Source: Clostridia bacterium 41_269 (GTDB taxonomy: Bacteria > Bacillota > DTU086). Taken from it: a stretch of 64,000 bases of DNA. Where the stretch lies: assembly GCA_001508005.1 (NCBI GenBank), contig LGEZ01000009.1:2493-66492 (forward strand). The letters run 5' to 3'. This document shows, piece by piece, positions 20,794 to 30,951 of the stretch (the stretch's first letter is position 1; the number at the start of each line of letters is the position of its first letter). Below the pieces are notes generated by a model that saw only the letters and a program-made list of their open reading frames with translations, did no database searches and was not told the DNA's origin. The position numbers and the translations under genes were made by a program.

Positions 20794-22122
20794 GTGGGAT
20801 GGGTGAAGCTGCATGGCACAATGCATATTAATGATAAGGGACACTTGGAAATCGGGGGGTGCGATACAGTTGATCTGGCTAATGAATTTGGAACCCCCCT
20901 TATAGTATATGATGAAGATTACATCCGCCAAATGTGCCGCCGTTTCAGAAAAGCCTTTATTAATGGGTTAAATGGCAGAGGGGATGTTGCCTATGCTGCT
21001 AAAGCTTTTCTTACTCTTGCTGTGGCATCAATGATTATGGAGGAAGGACTTTCAATGGACGTGGTTTCTGGGGGAGAATTGTTTACGGCATTGAAGGCTG
21101 GTTTTCCCCCAGAAAGAATTTATTTTCATGGTAACAACAAAAACAAGGAGGAGCTGGAGCTTGCGGTTAAATCTGGAGTGGGAAGGATCATAGTTGATAA
21201 CTATTATGAGCTGGATTTGCTGGAAGAAATTACATCAAAAGAAAAAAAATCTATATCCATAATGCTGAGGCTCACTCCAGGTATTGAGGCACACACCCAT
21301 GAATACATTAAAACGGGTCAGGAGGATTCAAAGTTTGGGTTTACTTTATCAAAAGATATAGCCTTTAATGCTGTTAAGAGGGTTCTTAGTATTCCCAATG
21401 TTACTCTTAAAGGGTTTCACTGCCATATTGGTTCCCAAATTTTTGAGACAGAACCCTTTAAAATAGCTGCGGAAATTTTAATGGAGTTCAGGAAAAGGGT
21501 TGAAGAAGAACTGGATTATGAAGTGGAAGAATTAAACCTTGGTGGAGGTTTTGGAATATATTACAGTGAAGGAGATAGGCCGCTGGAAATTGAAAAATAT
21601 GCGGATACTATAAAAGAAGCGGTTTATAAAAAAGCTGAAGAGTACGGTCTCAGCATACCCAAAATCATTGTTGAACCAGGCAGATCTGTTGTAGGCCCTG
21701 CGGGTACCACCTTATACACCGTCGGTTCCATTAAAGAAATACCAGGTATAAGAAAATATGTGTCTGTGGATGGAGGTATGGCTGATAACATTAGACCTGC
21801 TCTTTATAAGGCAAAATATGAAGCTGTTGTAGCAAATAAAGTAAATTGGGAACTGGATCAGGTGGTTTCCATAGCAGGTAAGTGCTGTGAATCCGGAGAC
21901 ATGCTCATTTGGGATATAAAACTGCCCAAGGTGGAACCAGGTGATATTTTAGCTGTATTCTGTACAGGTGCTTATGGATATTCCATGGCCAGCAACTATA
22001 ATAAACTTGGAAGACCTGCGGTGGTTATAGTTAAAGAAGGCAGGGCGGATTTAATTGTAAAACGGGAAACCTATGAAGATCTAATAAGAAATGAAGTTGT
22101 TCCTGATAGACTGTTTAAATAA
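20794..22122 (+). CDS. lysA: diaminopimelate decarboxylase
   Basis: Fold-III PLP decarboxylase motifs (YAAKAF, GGGFGI, CESGD). The true start may be the ATG at 20821. Confidence 0.9.
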   Translation: MGWVKLHGTMHINDKGHLEIGGCDTVDLANEFGTPLIVYDEDYIRQMCRRFRKAFINGLNGRGDVAYAAKAFLTLAVASMIMEEGLSMDVVSGGELFTALKAGFPPERIYFHGNNKNKEELELAVKSGVGRIIVDNYYELDLLEEITSKEKKSISIMLRLTPGIEAHTHEYIKTGQEDSKFGFTLSKDIAFNAVKRVLSIPNVTLKGFHCHIGSQIFETEPFKIAAEILMEFRKRVEEELDYEVEELNLGGGFGIYYSEGDRPLEIEKYADTIKEAVYKKAEEYGLSIPKIIVEPGRSVVGPAGTTLYTVGSIKEIPGIRKYVSVDGGMADNIRPALYKAKYEAVVANKVNWELDQVVSIAGKCCESGDMLIWDIKLPKVEPGDILAVFCTGAYGYSMASNYNKLGRPAVVIVKEGRADLIVKRETYEDLIRNEVVPDRLFK

Positions 22123-22163
22123 AGGAAAGCTTAGGGATGTTTTTGGCCTGTAAATAGTCTGAT

Positions 22164-22193
22164 TTGCCTGTTTTTGTATGAACATGGTATAAT
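22164..22193 (+). promoter_or_regulatory. candidate sigma-A promoter for the M50-trpS-scpAB unit
   Basis: -35 TTGCCT, 18 nt spacer, extended -10 TGgTATAAT. Confidence 0.45.
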
Positions 22194-22242
22194 CCAAATG
22201 TTGTTAATATTTTAGGGTTTTAAAATCAAGGTGGTGTTTTGA

Positions 22243-22884
22243 TTGCCCTTTTCAAATTTGTCGGGAATGATTGCAGCAATTCCCGCGGTTTTAATTGCAA
22301 TAACTTTTCATGAATATGCCCATGGAAAAATGGCTTATCTATTTGGGGATCCCACTCCCGAAAGACAGGGACGGCTGACTTTAAATCCTCTGGCACATTT
22401 GGATCCCATTGGTACACTTCTGCTTTTTTTAGCAGGTTTTGGTTGGGCAAAACCCGTTCAGGTGAATCCATTTTATTTTAGAGGAAATAGAAGGAAAATT
22501 ATGATGCTGGTTAGCCTTGCTGGCCCTATGATGAATCTTATTATTGCCTATTTAGCGGCGGTGAGCCTAAATCTTTTAGGTAAGTTTTATCTTGGAATGG
22601 GACCTTTGGCAGGTTATTTACACATTTTTTTAAAGCTGCTATTATTTTATAATGTGGTACTCGCAGTGTTTAACTTGATACCCGTTCCTCCCCTTGACGG
22701 TTCAAAAATATTAATAGGTATTCTTCCGGAAAAATATACAAATTTTTTATATAACCTAGAACAGTATGGGCCCCTTATTTTACTTCTTTTAATATTTACG
22801 GGGGTAATTGATCTTTTTTTGGGAAGTGCTGTTCAGAAAATAATCAATTTTTTAACTTTTCTCAGCAGTATAAGTTTCTTATAA
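22243..22884 (+). CDS. site-2 protease family (peptidase M50) membrane metalloprotease
   Basis: HEYAH (HExxH) in a TM helix and [12 protein letters not shown] (LDG) motif. Confidence 0.7.
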   Translation: MPFSNLSGMIAAIPAVLIAITFHEYAHGKMAYLFGDPTPERQGRLTLNPLAHLDPIGTLLLFLAGFGWAKPVQVNPFYFRGNRRKIMMLVSLAGPMMNLIIAYLAAVSLNLLGKFYLGMGPLAGYLHIFLKLLLFYNVVLAVFNLIPVPPLDGSKILIGILPEKYTNFLYNLEQYGPLILLLLIFTGVIDLFLGSAVQKIINFLTFLSSISFL

Positions 22885-22899
22885 AGAAGGGAGAAAGCA

Positions 22900-23883
22900 A
22901 TGAAAGGCAGAATTTTAAGCGGAATGCGTCCAACAGGCAGGCTTCATATAGGGCATTTAAGCGTGCTTGAAAATTGGGTTAAACTTCAAGAAGAATATGA
23001 AACTTTTTTTATGGTAGCGGATTGGCATGCACTGACCACAGCTTTTGATGAAACCGAAGAAATTAAAAACAAAATTTGGGACATGCTTCTGGATTGGCTC
23101 AGTGTGGGCATAGATCCAGAAAAAAGTGTTGTTTTTGTTCAATCCCATGTAAAGGAACACGCGGAACTGCACCTGCTTTTTTCTATGATTACACCCCTTT
23201 CGTGGCTTGAAAGATGTCCCACTTATAAAGATCAGGTTCAGCAGTTTGGAGAAAGGGGAAAGGACATAAGCACATATGGTTTTTTGGGATATCCCCTTCT
23301 TCAAGCAGCTGATATATTAATATACAGAGCGGATACCGTTCCCGTAGGAGAAGATCAGCTTCCCCATCTTGAATTATGCCGCGAAGTAGCAAGAAGATTT
23401 AATTATCTGTATAATGCAAAAGTTTTTCCAGAACCCCAGGCGAAACTGGCAAAGCTGCCTTTACTGCCTGGTATTGACGGGCGAAAAATGAGTAAAAGCT
23501 ACAACAATGATATTTCCATCACTGCGGATTTTGATGAAATCAGCAGCAGAGTGAGACAGATGATAACTGATCCTCAAAGGATACACAAAAACGATCCAGG
23601 TAATCCCGAAGTCTGCACAGTATATCTTTACCATAAAATATATAACCCGGATGAACTGGAAGAAATTGAAGCAAACTGCAGAGGAGGAAAGATTGGTTGT
23701 GTAGCCTGCAAAAAGAAACTTGCGGTTAAAATGGACGAAGCGTTGGGGCCTATCCGCGAGAGAAGAAAAGAATTGGAGAAAAAGCCCCAGCTCATTGAAG
23801 ATATAATTGCAGATGGTGCTGAGAAAGCAAGAAAAGAAGCTTCAAAAACTATGGAAAAGGTAAGAGAAGTTATGAGAATTTAG
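22900..23883 (+). CDS. trpS: tryptophan--tRNA ligase
   Basis: Class I aaRS motifs: HIGH variant (GRLHIGH) and KMSKS. Confidence 0.9.
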   Translation: MKGRILSGMRPTGRLHIGHLSVLENWVKLQEEYETFFMVADWHALTTAFDETEEIKNKIWDMLLDWLSVGIDPEKSVVFVQSHVKEHAELHLLFSMITPLSWLERCPTYKDQVQQFGERGKDISTYGFLGYPLLQAADILIYRADTVPVGEDQLPHLELCREVARRFNYLYNAKVFPEPQAKLAKLPLLPGIDGRKMSKSYNNDISITADFDEISSRVRQMITDPQRIHKNDPGNPEVCTVYLYHKIYNPDELEEIEANCRGGKIGCVACKKKLAVKMDEALGPIRERRKELEKKPQLIEDIIADGAEKARKEASKTMEKVREVMRI

Positions 23884-23904
23884 ACTGCAGGCTGGGATTA
23901 AATT

Positions 23905-24660
23905 ATGGAAGATCTTCTTAAAGAAGTTGAAAGAGGGAAAAAAGCTGATCTTAAAAACTTAAAGATTTCGCAAATTACAGAACTGTATCTTGAAAAAGTA
24001 AAAAAGGGAAAAGATGTGGATTTAGACGAAGCATGTGACTTTCTTGCTTCAGCTGCTGAACTTCTTCGGAACAAATCTCTTCAGCTGTTGGAGGATTATA
24101 AGGAAAACTTATCTGAAGAAGAAAACGAAGAAGAAAACTTTGAGGAAAAAATTTTTGAGGAAGAGGCTTCTTTTTTAGAAAAGGCAGAAGTGAAACTAAA
24201 GGAGTACAGAACCTTTAAAGAAGCAGCCAATTTTTTAAGGATGCGTTTAATGTCGGGGGAGAAATATTATCCCCGCCCAGAACTTTCAAACTATGTTAAT
24301 ACAGTTAATTCAAATGGTTTTCTTGAAGGTTTGAATCTGGAAGATCTCATTTCAGCTTTCGAAAAAGTTTTGTTGAGGCATAAAGGTGCAGAAGAAAAAG
24401 AAAACGGTGAATTTTTCGAAATTGAGGAGCAGGAGTATAAAATAACTGACAAAATTAATGAGTTAATTAAATTTTTAAATAATTTTCCTTCAGGGATCGA
24501 GTTTTATTCTCTTTTTGGCAGAGAAACATCAAAAAGGGAAATTATTGTTACCTTTTTAGCTCTTTTGGAATTGGTACGGCTGCAGAAGGCTAGGGTTAAA
24601 CAGGAAACACAGTTTGGAAAAATAATTATTTACCCCATCTTAAACCGAAGAAAGGGATAA
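23905..24660 (+). CDS. scpA: segregation and condensation protein A
   Basis: ScpA-like N-terminal region. Followed by scpB in the conserved trpS-scpA-scpB arrangement. Confidence 0.75.
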   Translation: MEDLLKEVERGKKADLKNLKISQITELYLEKVKKGKDVDLDEACDFLASAAELLRNKSLQLLEDYKENLSEEENEEENFEEKIFEEEASFLEKAEVKLKEYRTFKEAANFLRMRLMSGEKYYPRPELSNYVNTVNSNGFLEGLNLEDLISAFEKVLLRHKGAEEKENGEFFEIEEQEYKITDKINELIKFLNNFPSGIEFYSLFGRETSKREIIVTFLALLELVRLQKARVKQETQFGKIIIYPILNRRKG

Positions 24661-24672
24661 GGTGGGAAAATA

Positions 24673-25203
24673 ATGACGATAAATTCGTGGGCAGTTATAG
24701 AATGCATACTTTTTATGAGCAGCGAACCCGTGGCTTTAGAAACCTTAACCAAAATTTCAGGATTTGACAGAGAAGAAGTACTTGCAGCTTTGGAAGACCT
24801 CCGGTCTGTTTATCGGGAAAAAGGACACAGTATAGACGTAGTGAAAGTGGGTAAGGGGTGGCAGATCTGCATACGTCCTGAATTTTCTTCCTATGCAGAA
24901 AAGCTTTATCCCGTAAAACAAAAAAGGCTCTCACATGCAGCTTTAGAGACTCTTTCCATAATTGCATATAGGCAGCCCATTACCCGTGCTGAAATTGAAA
25001 AAATACGTGGGGTAAAAACCGATAAAGTTATACAGACGCTTCTTGAAAGGGGATTAATTGCTGAAGTTGGGAGAAGAAAAGGACCCGGCCGACCCCTTTT
25101 ATATGGTACTACCGCAAAGTTTCTACTTGAATTTAATCTTAAAGATCTGAGCGAGCTGCCTCCTCCTGAAACCTTTTTTAAAAAAAATACGGATAATACT
25201 TAA
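24673..25203 (+). CDS. scpB: segregation and condensation protein B
   Basis: Winged-helix ScpB motifs (IECILFMSSEPV, AYRQPITRAEIEKIRGV). Confidence 0.85.
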   Translation: MTINSWAVIECILFMSSEPVALETLTKISGFDREEVLAALEDLRSVYREKGHSIDVVKVGKGWQICIRPEFSSYAEKLYPVKQKRLSHAALETLSIIAYRQPITRAEIEKIRGVKTDKVIQTLLERGLIAEVGRRKGPGRPLLYGTTAKFLLEFNLKDLSELPPPETFFKKNTDNT

Positions 25204-25265
25204 ATTAATTTTTCCTCCTGGGGTTTATCTTTTCCCTTATATCTGCACTTAGCAGCTGGATAAGT

Positions 25266-25308
25266 AAAAAAAGCCCCCGTCTCCTTTGATGAGCGGGGGC
25301 TTAATAAT
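25266..25308. terminator. GC hairpin flanked by an A-run (5') and a weak T-rich tail (3'), possible bidirectional terminator
   Basis: GCCCCCG-13 nt loop-CGGGGGC, preceded by A7. Confidence 0.35.
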
Positions 25309-25379
25309 ATATGTGTATTTTTTTCATATATATGGAAATAATTCATAACACATATTATTATTAATTATCATCTTTTTGG

Positions 25380-26020
25380 GTGATTTTTGTGCAGTTAACA
25401 ATTTATTTGTATTTTTCACTGTTTGTTCTGCTGTTTTTTATTCTGTTTATTGTTCGTGCAGACATTATTATAGAATGCTTAATTAATGATAAAAATAATA
25501 ATGCTGTTTTTGAATTAAGATTATTAAAGGGATTTATTAAATTTAAAATAAAGCTGCCGGCGCATACACTGAAAAAAATAATTGGAGCTTTAGGGAAAGA
25601 TATTGATTTAAAAAAAAAGCAGATTTTCAGTATTAACAGTATATCTTGTGATGATTAGGTTTTTAAAAATAAATTTGTGGCTTCTCAAGTATGCCCATGT
25701 TAAAAAATTTTCTTGAAAAACTACATTAGGATTAAGCAACCCAGCTGTTACTGCTGTATTTTCAAGTTTTTTTAGCATTGCGGTGGATATGTTTGTAAGA
25801 GTCCTTCTTAAAAAATCAAAGGGGACCATCACTACCCCTGAGGTTATGGTTCTTCCTAATTTTTGGAATGATTGTTTGCATACCCACCTGTACTGTATAC
25901 TAACGATTCCAATGGGCTATATTATAACTGCAGCTGTTAAAATGGCATTTCTTGTTATTTGCTTCTTTGTTCATAAAAAGATTGGAGGAGTGGATCTGCG
26001 TGGACAGTCATCCCATTGAA
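25380..26020 (+). other. AT-rich region with ORF fragments in three frames, possibly a disrupted ytfI-like (DUF2953) gene
   Basis: ORFs 25380..25658, 25660..25716 and 25717..26019 are each interrupted. B. subtilis has ytfI upstream of ytfJ. Confidence 0.2.
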
Positions 26021-26410
26021 TCTATGATGAAAACTGCTATGGAAAGCATAAAGGAAATGGTAGATGTGAATACGGTTGTGGGAGATCCCGTTGAAACCCC
26101 AGACGGTACAGTAATAATTCCAGTTTCCCGGGTAACTGCAGGGTTTGTTGCAGGTGGTGGGGAATATGAAGGGGGCGATTCGGATATGGGTAACGCCTCG
26201 AAAACACAGCAATCATCACAGTATCCCTTTGGGGGAGGCAGCGGAGCAGGGGTATCTGTGCAACCTGTTGCCTTTCTTGTAAGCAGTGGTACAGAAGTTA
26301 AACTTCTTCCCATAAATGACAATATTATATTCGACCATATGATTGATATGGCACCAAAGCTGCTTAATCAAATAAAGGATTTGCTTCAGGAAAGGAATAA
26401 GGGAGCTTAG
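25997..26410 (+). CDS. YtfJ/GerW-family sporulation protein
   Basis: TPDGTVIIPVSRVTAGFVAGGGEYEG, Gly-rich. GTG start at 25997 with a GGAGGAG RBS (alternative ATG at 26024). Confidence 0.6.
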   Translation, partial: CVDSHPIESMMKTAMESIKEMVDVNTVVGDPVETPDGTVIIPVSRVTAGFVAGGGEYEGGDSDMGNASKTQQSSQYPFGGGSGAGVSVQPVAFLVSSGTEVKLLPINDNIIFDHMIDMAPKLLNQIKDLLQERNKGA

Positions 26411-26571
26411 TGCTAGCTCTAAACAGCATCCTACCCAAAAGCTTAAAAAAGGAAATTTTTAGTTGAAGGAAATTTTATTTTTTTCTAGCAAAAATAAAAT
26501 ATAATTTATAGTTTTATCCCCGCAGGTTAATCGCGGGGATGCTTTTTGGGTGGGGGCTGGTAACTTTGAAA

Positions 26572-27720
26572 ATGCGTTTTAATAAATATATAACCACAAC
26601 AATTTTAATATGCTTCTTATTATGCTTTATCTGGACTTTACCCACTTTTGGTGAGGATGCCAGAAGTTTGGATATTTATGCTGAAGGTGCAGTGCTGATG
26701 GATGCGGAATCCGGAAGAGTTCTTTGGGCTAAGAACCCTCATAAAAGGCTTTATCCTGCTAGCACTACTAAAATATTAACTGCTGTCCTTGCCATAGAAA
26801 AGGGAAAACTTGACAGCACTGTGGTTGTTAGCAGGGAAGCGGCGGAGACAGAAGGTTCAGCCATTTGGCTTAAAGAAGGAGAAAGGTTAACCCTAGAAGA
26901 TCTTTTATATGCTGTTCTTTTAAGTTCTGCGAACGATGCAGCAGAAGCTGTAGCTGAACATATAGGTGGAACCCAAGAAAATTTTGTGAGGATGATGAAT
27001 GAGAAGGCGAAAGCAATAGGGGCAAGGGACAGCCATTTTGAAAATCCCCACGGACTTCATGAGGAAAGTCATTACACAACAGCTTATGATCTTGCCCTTA
27101 TTGCAAGATATGCCATGACAAATAGTACTTTTGAGAAAATAGTGGCTACTGAGAAAAAGATCATTCCATGGGAGGGCCATGATTGGTCAAGATTGTTAAT
27201 AAATAAAAACAATTTAATTAGAAACCCCAAGCTATTTCCGGGAGCAGATGGAATAAAAAACGGATATACAAAAGCTGCAGGAAACTGCCTTGTGGCTTCT
27301 GCAACCAGAAATGGAATGAGGCTCATTGCTGTTGTTTTAAATGCTCCCAATGCAACGGGAGAAGTGATAAAGCTTCTAGATTATGGTTTTAAAAATTTTT
27401 CAAAGGAAAAATTGGTAAACAAAGGTGAAATTTTGGGAAGCTTTAAAGTGGAAGGCTACGGACGGGTTAATTTGGTGGCTTCAAAAACCATGGGAGCGGC
27501 TCTTAGAGAAGGAGAAAAAAACAGAATAAAAGCTGTGGTTTATGCGCCTAAAAAAATTGATCATTCTGTTAGAAAAGGAGATATAATGGGCAAAATTAAA
27601 TTTACAGTAGATGGGGAAACAATAGCTGTGGTTGATTTGGTTGCTGCAGAGACTGTAAAAAATCCCTGGCTGAGCGGTCTGTTGAAAGTTTTTTTGGATG
27701 TGTTTTCCTTTTGGGCTTAA
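26572..27720 (+). CDS. dacB: D-alanyl-D-alanine carboxypeptidase (sporulation-specific DacB-like)
   Basis: STTK (SxxK), SAND and KNGYT motifs. Followed by spmA-spmB as in the conserved dacB-spmA-spmB operon. Start set at ATG 26572 after a hairpin. Confidence 0.8.
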   Translation: MRFNKYITTTILICFLLCFIWTLPTFGEDARSLDIYAEGAVLMDAESGRVLWAKNPHKRLYPASTTKILTAVLAIEKGKLDSTVVVSREAAETEGSAIWLKEGERLTLEDLLYAVLLSSANDAAEAVAEHIGGTQENFVRMMNEKAKAIGARDSHFENPHGLHEESHYTTAYDLALIARYAMTNSTFEKIVATEKKIIPWEGHDWSRLLINKNNLIRNPKLFPGADGIKNGYTKAAGNCLVASATRNGMRLIAVVLNAPNATGEVIKLLDYGFKNFSKEKLVNKGEILGSFKVEGYGRVNLVASKTMGAALREGEKNRIKAVVYAPKKIDHSVRKGDIMGKIKFTVDGETIAVVDLVAAETVKNPWLSGLLKVFLDVFSFWA

Positions 27721-27749
27721 GGGTTAAAATTCGATATAGATGGGTTTGA

Positions 27750-27780
27750 GGGCAGCTTAAAGCTGCCCTGTTCTATTTTC
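27750..27780 (+). terminator. hairpin plus T-rich tract after dacB
   Basis: GGGCAGCT-tta-AGCTGCCC followed by tgttctatttt. Confidence 0.45.
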
Positions 27781-27833
27781 GAACTTTTTTTCATAGGCTT
27801 GAATTGTAAACAGGCCATTGGAGGTGCCTCTTA

Positions 27834-28424
27834 ATGGTAAATTTAATCTGGCTTTTTCTTCTTATGAGCGGTATTTTTTTTGCTGCTGTTAACGGAAGAA
27901 TTGAGGTTGTAACGTTTGCAGCTTTAAATGCTGCTGAAAATGCTGTTCAAATTTCCTTTGAACTTATTGGGATAATGGCACTTTGGCTAGGTATTATGAA
28001 ATTAGCAGAAGAAGCGGGTATTGTAAAAATCATTGCATTATTAGTTCGTCCAATCACAGGATACCTTTTCCCTTCTGTTCCAAGGGATCATCCGGCAATG
28101 GGAGCAATAGTTTTGAATCTAAGTGCTAATATGCTGGGCCTTGGGAATGCTGCAACTCCCTTTGGTCTTAAGGCTATGGGAGAACTACAGAAACTTAATC
28201 CCAAAAAGGATGAAGCAAGTGAGGCCATGTGCACTTTTCTTGCCCTTAATACTTCCTGCATAACCTTAATTCCTGCAACCATTGTAGGTATCAGGACTGC
28301 AAGCGGTTCCATAGACCCCACTGCTGTTGTGGGCACCACTTTGTTTGCAACATGCTGTTCCACAGCGGCAGCGGTTATTGCTGACAAAATATTTAGGAGC
28401 TGCTGGGAACGAAAAAGGGGCTGA
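27834..28424 (+). CDS. spmA: spore maturation protein A
   Basis: Nucleoside-transporter/FeoB Gate-like membrane protein about 196 aa immediately after dacB. Confidence 0.8.
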   Translation: MVNLIWLFLLMSGIFFAAVNGRIEVVTFAALNAAENAVQISFELIGIMALWLGIMKLAEEAGIVKIIALLVRPITGYLFPSVPRDHPAMGAIVLNLSANMLGLGNAATPFGLKAMGELQKLNPKKDEASEAMCTFLALNTSCITLIPATIVGIRTASGSIDPTAVVGTTLFATCCSTAAAVIADKIFRSCWERKRG

Positions 28425-28428
28425 AAAT

Positions 28429-28965
28429 ATGGTTGAGATATTTATACATGAAATTTCAAAATGGGCAGTTCCCATGTTGTTTTTTATTATTCCAGGCATA
28501 GCTTTTTTAAAAGGAATTAAGGTATATGAAGCATTTGTGGCAGGAGCTCAAGAAGGATTTAACACTGCTATTAAAATTATACCTTTTTTGGTGGGTATGC
28601 TGGTTGCTATAGGGGTTTTCAGGGCATCAGGAGCCCTTGATGTTTTTACAAAACTGCTGCATCCTATTACGGATTTTTTTGATATTCCCGGCGAAGTTCT
28701 CCCTTTAGCTTTGATGCGCCCGCTATCAGGGGGTGCTGCTCTTGGTGCAGCAGCTGAGCTGATTAAAACCCACGGTCCTGATTCTTATATTGGATTTCTA
28801 GCTTCAACAATGCAGGGCAGCACAGACACTACTTTTTACGTTCTCACTGTATATTTTGGTTCAGTGGGGATTGTGAAGTACAGATATTCCGCAGCTGTGG
28901 GACTCATAGCTGACATTGTAAGTTTTCTTGCTTCGGTATTTATCTGCCGCACTGTGTTTTTTTAA
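28429..28965 (+). CDS. spmB: spore maturation protein B
   Basis: Paralogous membrane protein following spmA. Start at ATG 28429 (MVEIFIHEISKW...). Confidence 0.8.
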   Translation: MVEIFIHEISKWAVPMLFFIIPGIAFLKGIKVYEAFVAGAQEGFNTAIKIIPFLVGMLVAIGVFRASGALDVFTKLLHPITDFFDIPGEVLPLALMRPLSGGAALGAAAELIKTHGPDSYIGFLASTMQGSTDTTFYVLTVYFGSVGIVKYRYSAAVGLIADIVSFLASVFICRTVFF

Positions 28966-29044
28966 AATGATATGGTAAATTAAATAATAGTCACAGTAAA
29001 AATAGCTTTCATTATTTTATGAAATAAATTTCTGGAGGACAGCA

Positions 29045-29821
29045 ATGGAACGTCTTCAAAAGGTTCTAGCTCAGTGCGGCATAGCTTCACGACGAAAATG
29101 TGAAAAAATTATTCTTGAGGGAAGGGTAAAAGTAAACGGAAAAGTTGTTACTCAGCTGGGAACAAAAGTTCACGAAAATGACAGAATAGAAGTAGATGGA
29201 AAGCCTGTTGTTAGAAAAAATGAAAAGATTTATGTTCTTTTTAACAAACCTAAAGGCTGTATTACTACAGTTTATGATCCCTTTGGAAGAAAAACAGTTA
29301 TGGATTATCTCAATAAGTTTAAAGATTACAGAATTTTTCCGGTGGGAAGGCTGGATCGGGATACTGAAGGCCTGCTTCTATTAACCAATGATGGTCAATT
29401 GAGTTTTGCTCTTACCCATCCTTCTCATCAGGTTGAAAAAACATATCTTGTGGAAATCAATGGAACTCCTTCGAAAAAACAGCTGGAAAGACTCAGCCAG
29501 GGTGTTTACCTTGAAGATGGAAAAACATTACCAGCTGAGACTGAATTAATCCGAGGCGGCAGAAGGTCATTGGTTAAGATAACCATTCGTGAAGGGAGAA
29601 AGCGTCAGATACGCCGCATGTTTAAAGCCATTGGTTTTTCTGTGCTCAATCTCAAAAGAATTAAATTTGGACCCCTTGTCCTTAAAGATCTTAAACCTGG
29701 AGAATACAGGCTGTTGAAAGAAAGCGAAATCAGTAAGCTAAAAGAACTGGAAAAGCATGTTTATAAGATGAAAAAAGAAAAAAATATTCATCGAGGTGAT
29801 GGTACTGAACAGGAAAAATAA
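29045..29821 (+). CDS. rluB: 23S rRNA pseudouridine synthase, RsuA/RluB family
   Basis: S4 domain (GIASRRKCEKIILEGRVKVNG) plus catalytic motif RLDRDTEGLLLLTNDG. Confidence 0.8.
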   Translation: MERLQKVLAQCGIASRRKCEKIILEGRVKVNGKVVTQLGTKVHENDRIEVDGKPVVRKNEKIYVLFNKPKGCITTVYDPFGRKTVMDYLNKFKDYRIFPVGRLDRDTEGLLLLTNDGQLSFALTHPSHQVEKTYLVEINGTPSKKQLERLSQGVYLEDGKTLPAETELIRGGRRSLVKITIREGRKRQIRRMFKAIGFSVLNLKRIKFGPLVLKDLKPGEYRLLKESEISKLKELEKHVYKMKKEKNIHRGDGTEQEK

Positions 29822-30338
29822 ACTGGGACTTGTTCAGGTTTACACCGGAAACGGTAAGGGTAAGACCACTGCGGCTTTTGGACAGGCTTTAAGAGCCTAC
29901 GGACACGGTTTTAAGATTGGCATATTCTTGTTTCTAAAGGATTGCAGTTCAGGGGAAGTAAAAACTGTTAAAGAACTTCTGCCGGATATAGATGTGAAGT
30001 GCTTTGGGAGCGCAGTTAATTGGGAAAGGGGTTTTACCGCTGAAGATAAAAAATTGGTATCAGAAGGTTTTAAAATTGCCAAATCAGTAATTAGAAAAGG
30101 GCAGCTGGACATGCTTATTCTTGATGAAATATGTGTAGCTGTTGAGTTGGGATTTATTGAAGAAAATGAACTGATCAGTATCATAAAAGAAAAGCCTTCC
30201 CATATGGAAATAATTATTACAGGAAGAAATGCTCCTAAAGCTCTTATTGAAAGTGCCCATTTGGTTACTGAAATGAGAGAAGTAAAACACCCCTTTAAAT
30301 GCTTAGGATTAAAAGCACGTAAAGGTATTGAATATTAG
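29796..30338 (+). CDS. cobO: cob(I)yrinic acid a,c-diamide / cob(I)alamin adenosyltransferase (CobA/CobO/BtuR family)
   Basis: P-loop YTGNGKGKTTAAFG. About 180 aa. Confidence 0.75.
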   Translation: MMVLNRKNKLGLVQVYTGNGKGKTTAAFGQALRAYGHGFKIGIFLFLKDCSSGEVKTVKELLPDIDVKCFGSAVNWERGFTAEDKKLVSEGFKIAKSVIRKGQLDMLILDEICVAVELGFIEENELISIIKEKPSHMEIIITGRNAPKALIESAHLVTEMREVKHPFKCLGLKARKGIEY

Positions 30339-30422
30339 ATTATTTTGGCGTAAAGCGCAGGATTTTTTTTTAAATTTGCCGAAAGAAGGAAATTGTATGG
30401 GGTAGCAATCGGAGGGATAAAA

Positions 30423-30884
30423 ATGACAAATATTGAATTAGACAGGAAAAATAAAGAAAGCAATATAAAACTGCGGGTTAGATTTGATTATAAAGCTGAA
30501 AGGACAGGGCGGCTTTTATTTGGAGGTAAAAGCCCCGATAGACTGGCAGAAGAAATCAGAGAACAAAAAGCAGCACTTTTGAGAAATGTGCCCATTAAAG
30601 GAATTAATATTGAGGATATTGATATGGGGATAGAGATTTATAAAGTTTATGATGAAGAAACAGGAAGAGAAGCAGCTTATGCGCCCCTAGAGCTTATTAT
30701 TTCTGCAGATACCATTGAGGATGTGGTAAGGTTTGTAATGTGTCAGGAATTTAGAAAGGTAGAAATTCTTGAACCCAAACAGCTGGTTTTAAATAAAAAG
30801 GACATTGAGCGCATTTTGTATAAAATGAATGAAGAGCTTCACCACTTCAGCGAAGTTTTAGAGAAAAAAATAAACAGCAGATAA
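30423..30884 (+). CDS. hypothetical protein
   Basis: Coding-like ORF with no recognisable motifs. Start uncertain (30393 or 30423). Confidence 0.3.
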   Translation: MTNIELDRKNKESNIKLRVRFDYKAERTGRLLFGGKSPDRLAEEIREQKAALLRNVPIKGINIEDIDMGIEIYKVYDEETGREAAYAPLELIISADTIEDVVRFVMCQEFRKVEILEPKQLVLNKKDIERILYKMNEELHHFSEVLEKKINSR

Positions 30885-30951
30885 TTACTTAACTTTTTTA
30901 TTTTGAACAAAACGTTTATAAAACACTGCAAAATAAAAGGAGGTTAAATTT

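Noticed and set aside
22885-22899. T-box leader upstream of trpS
   Set aside because: Only 15 nt separate the M50 peptidase stop from the trpS start. There is no room for a T-box riboswitch of about 250 nt. trpS appears to be co-transcribed.
25608-25832. Minus-strand 74-aa ORF that would match the A-tract-led hairpin at 25266-25308
   Set aside because: No RBS or recognisable family. The region is AT-rich, where random ORFs are frequent. It is only noted within the finding on this region.
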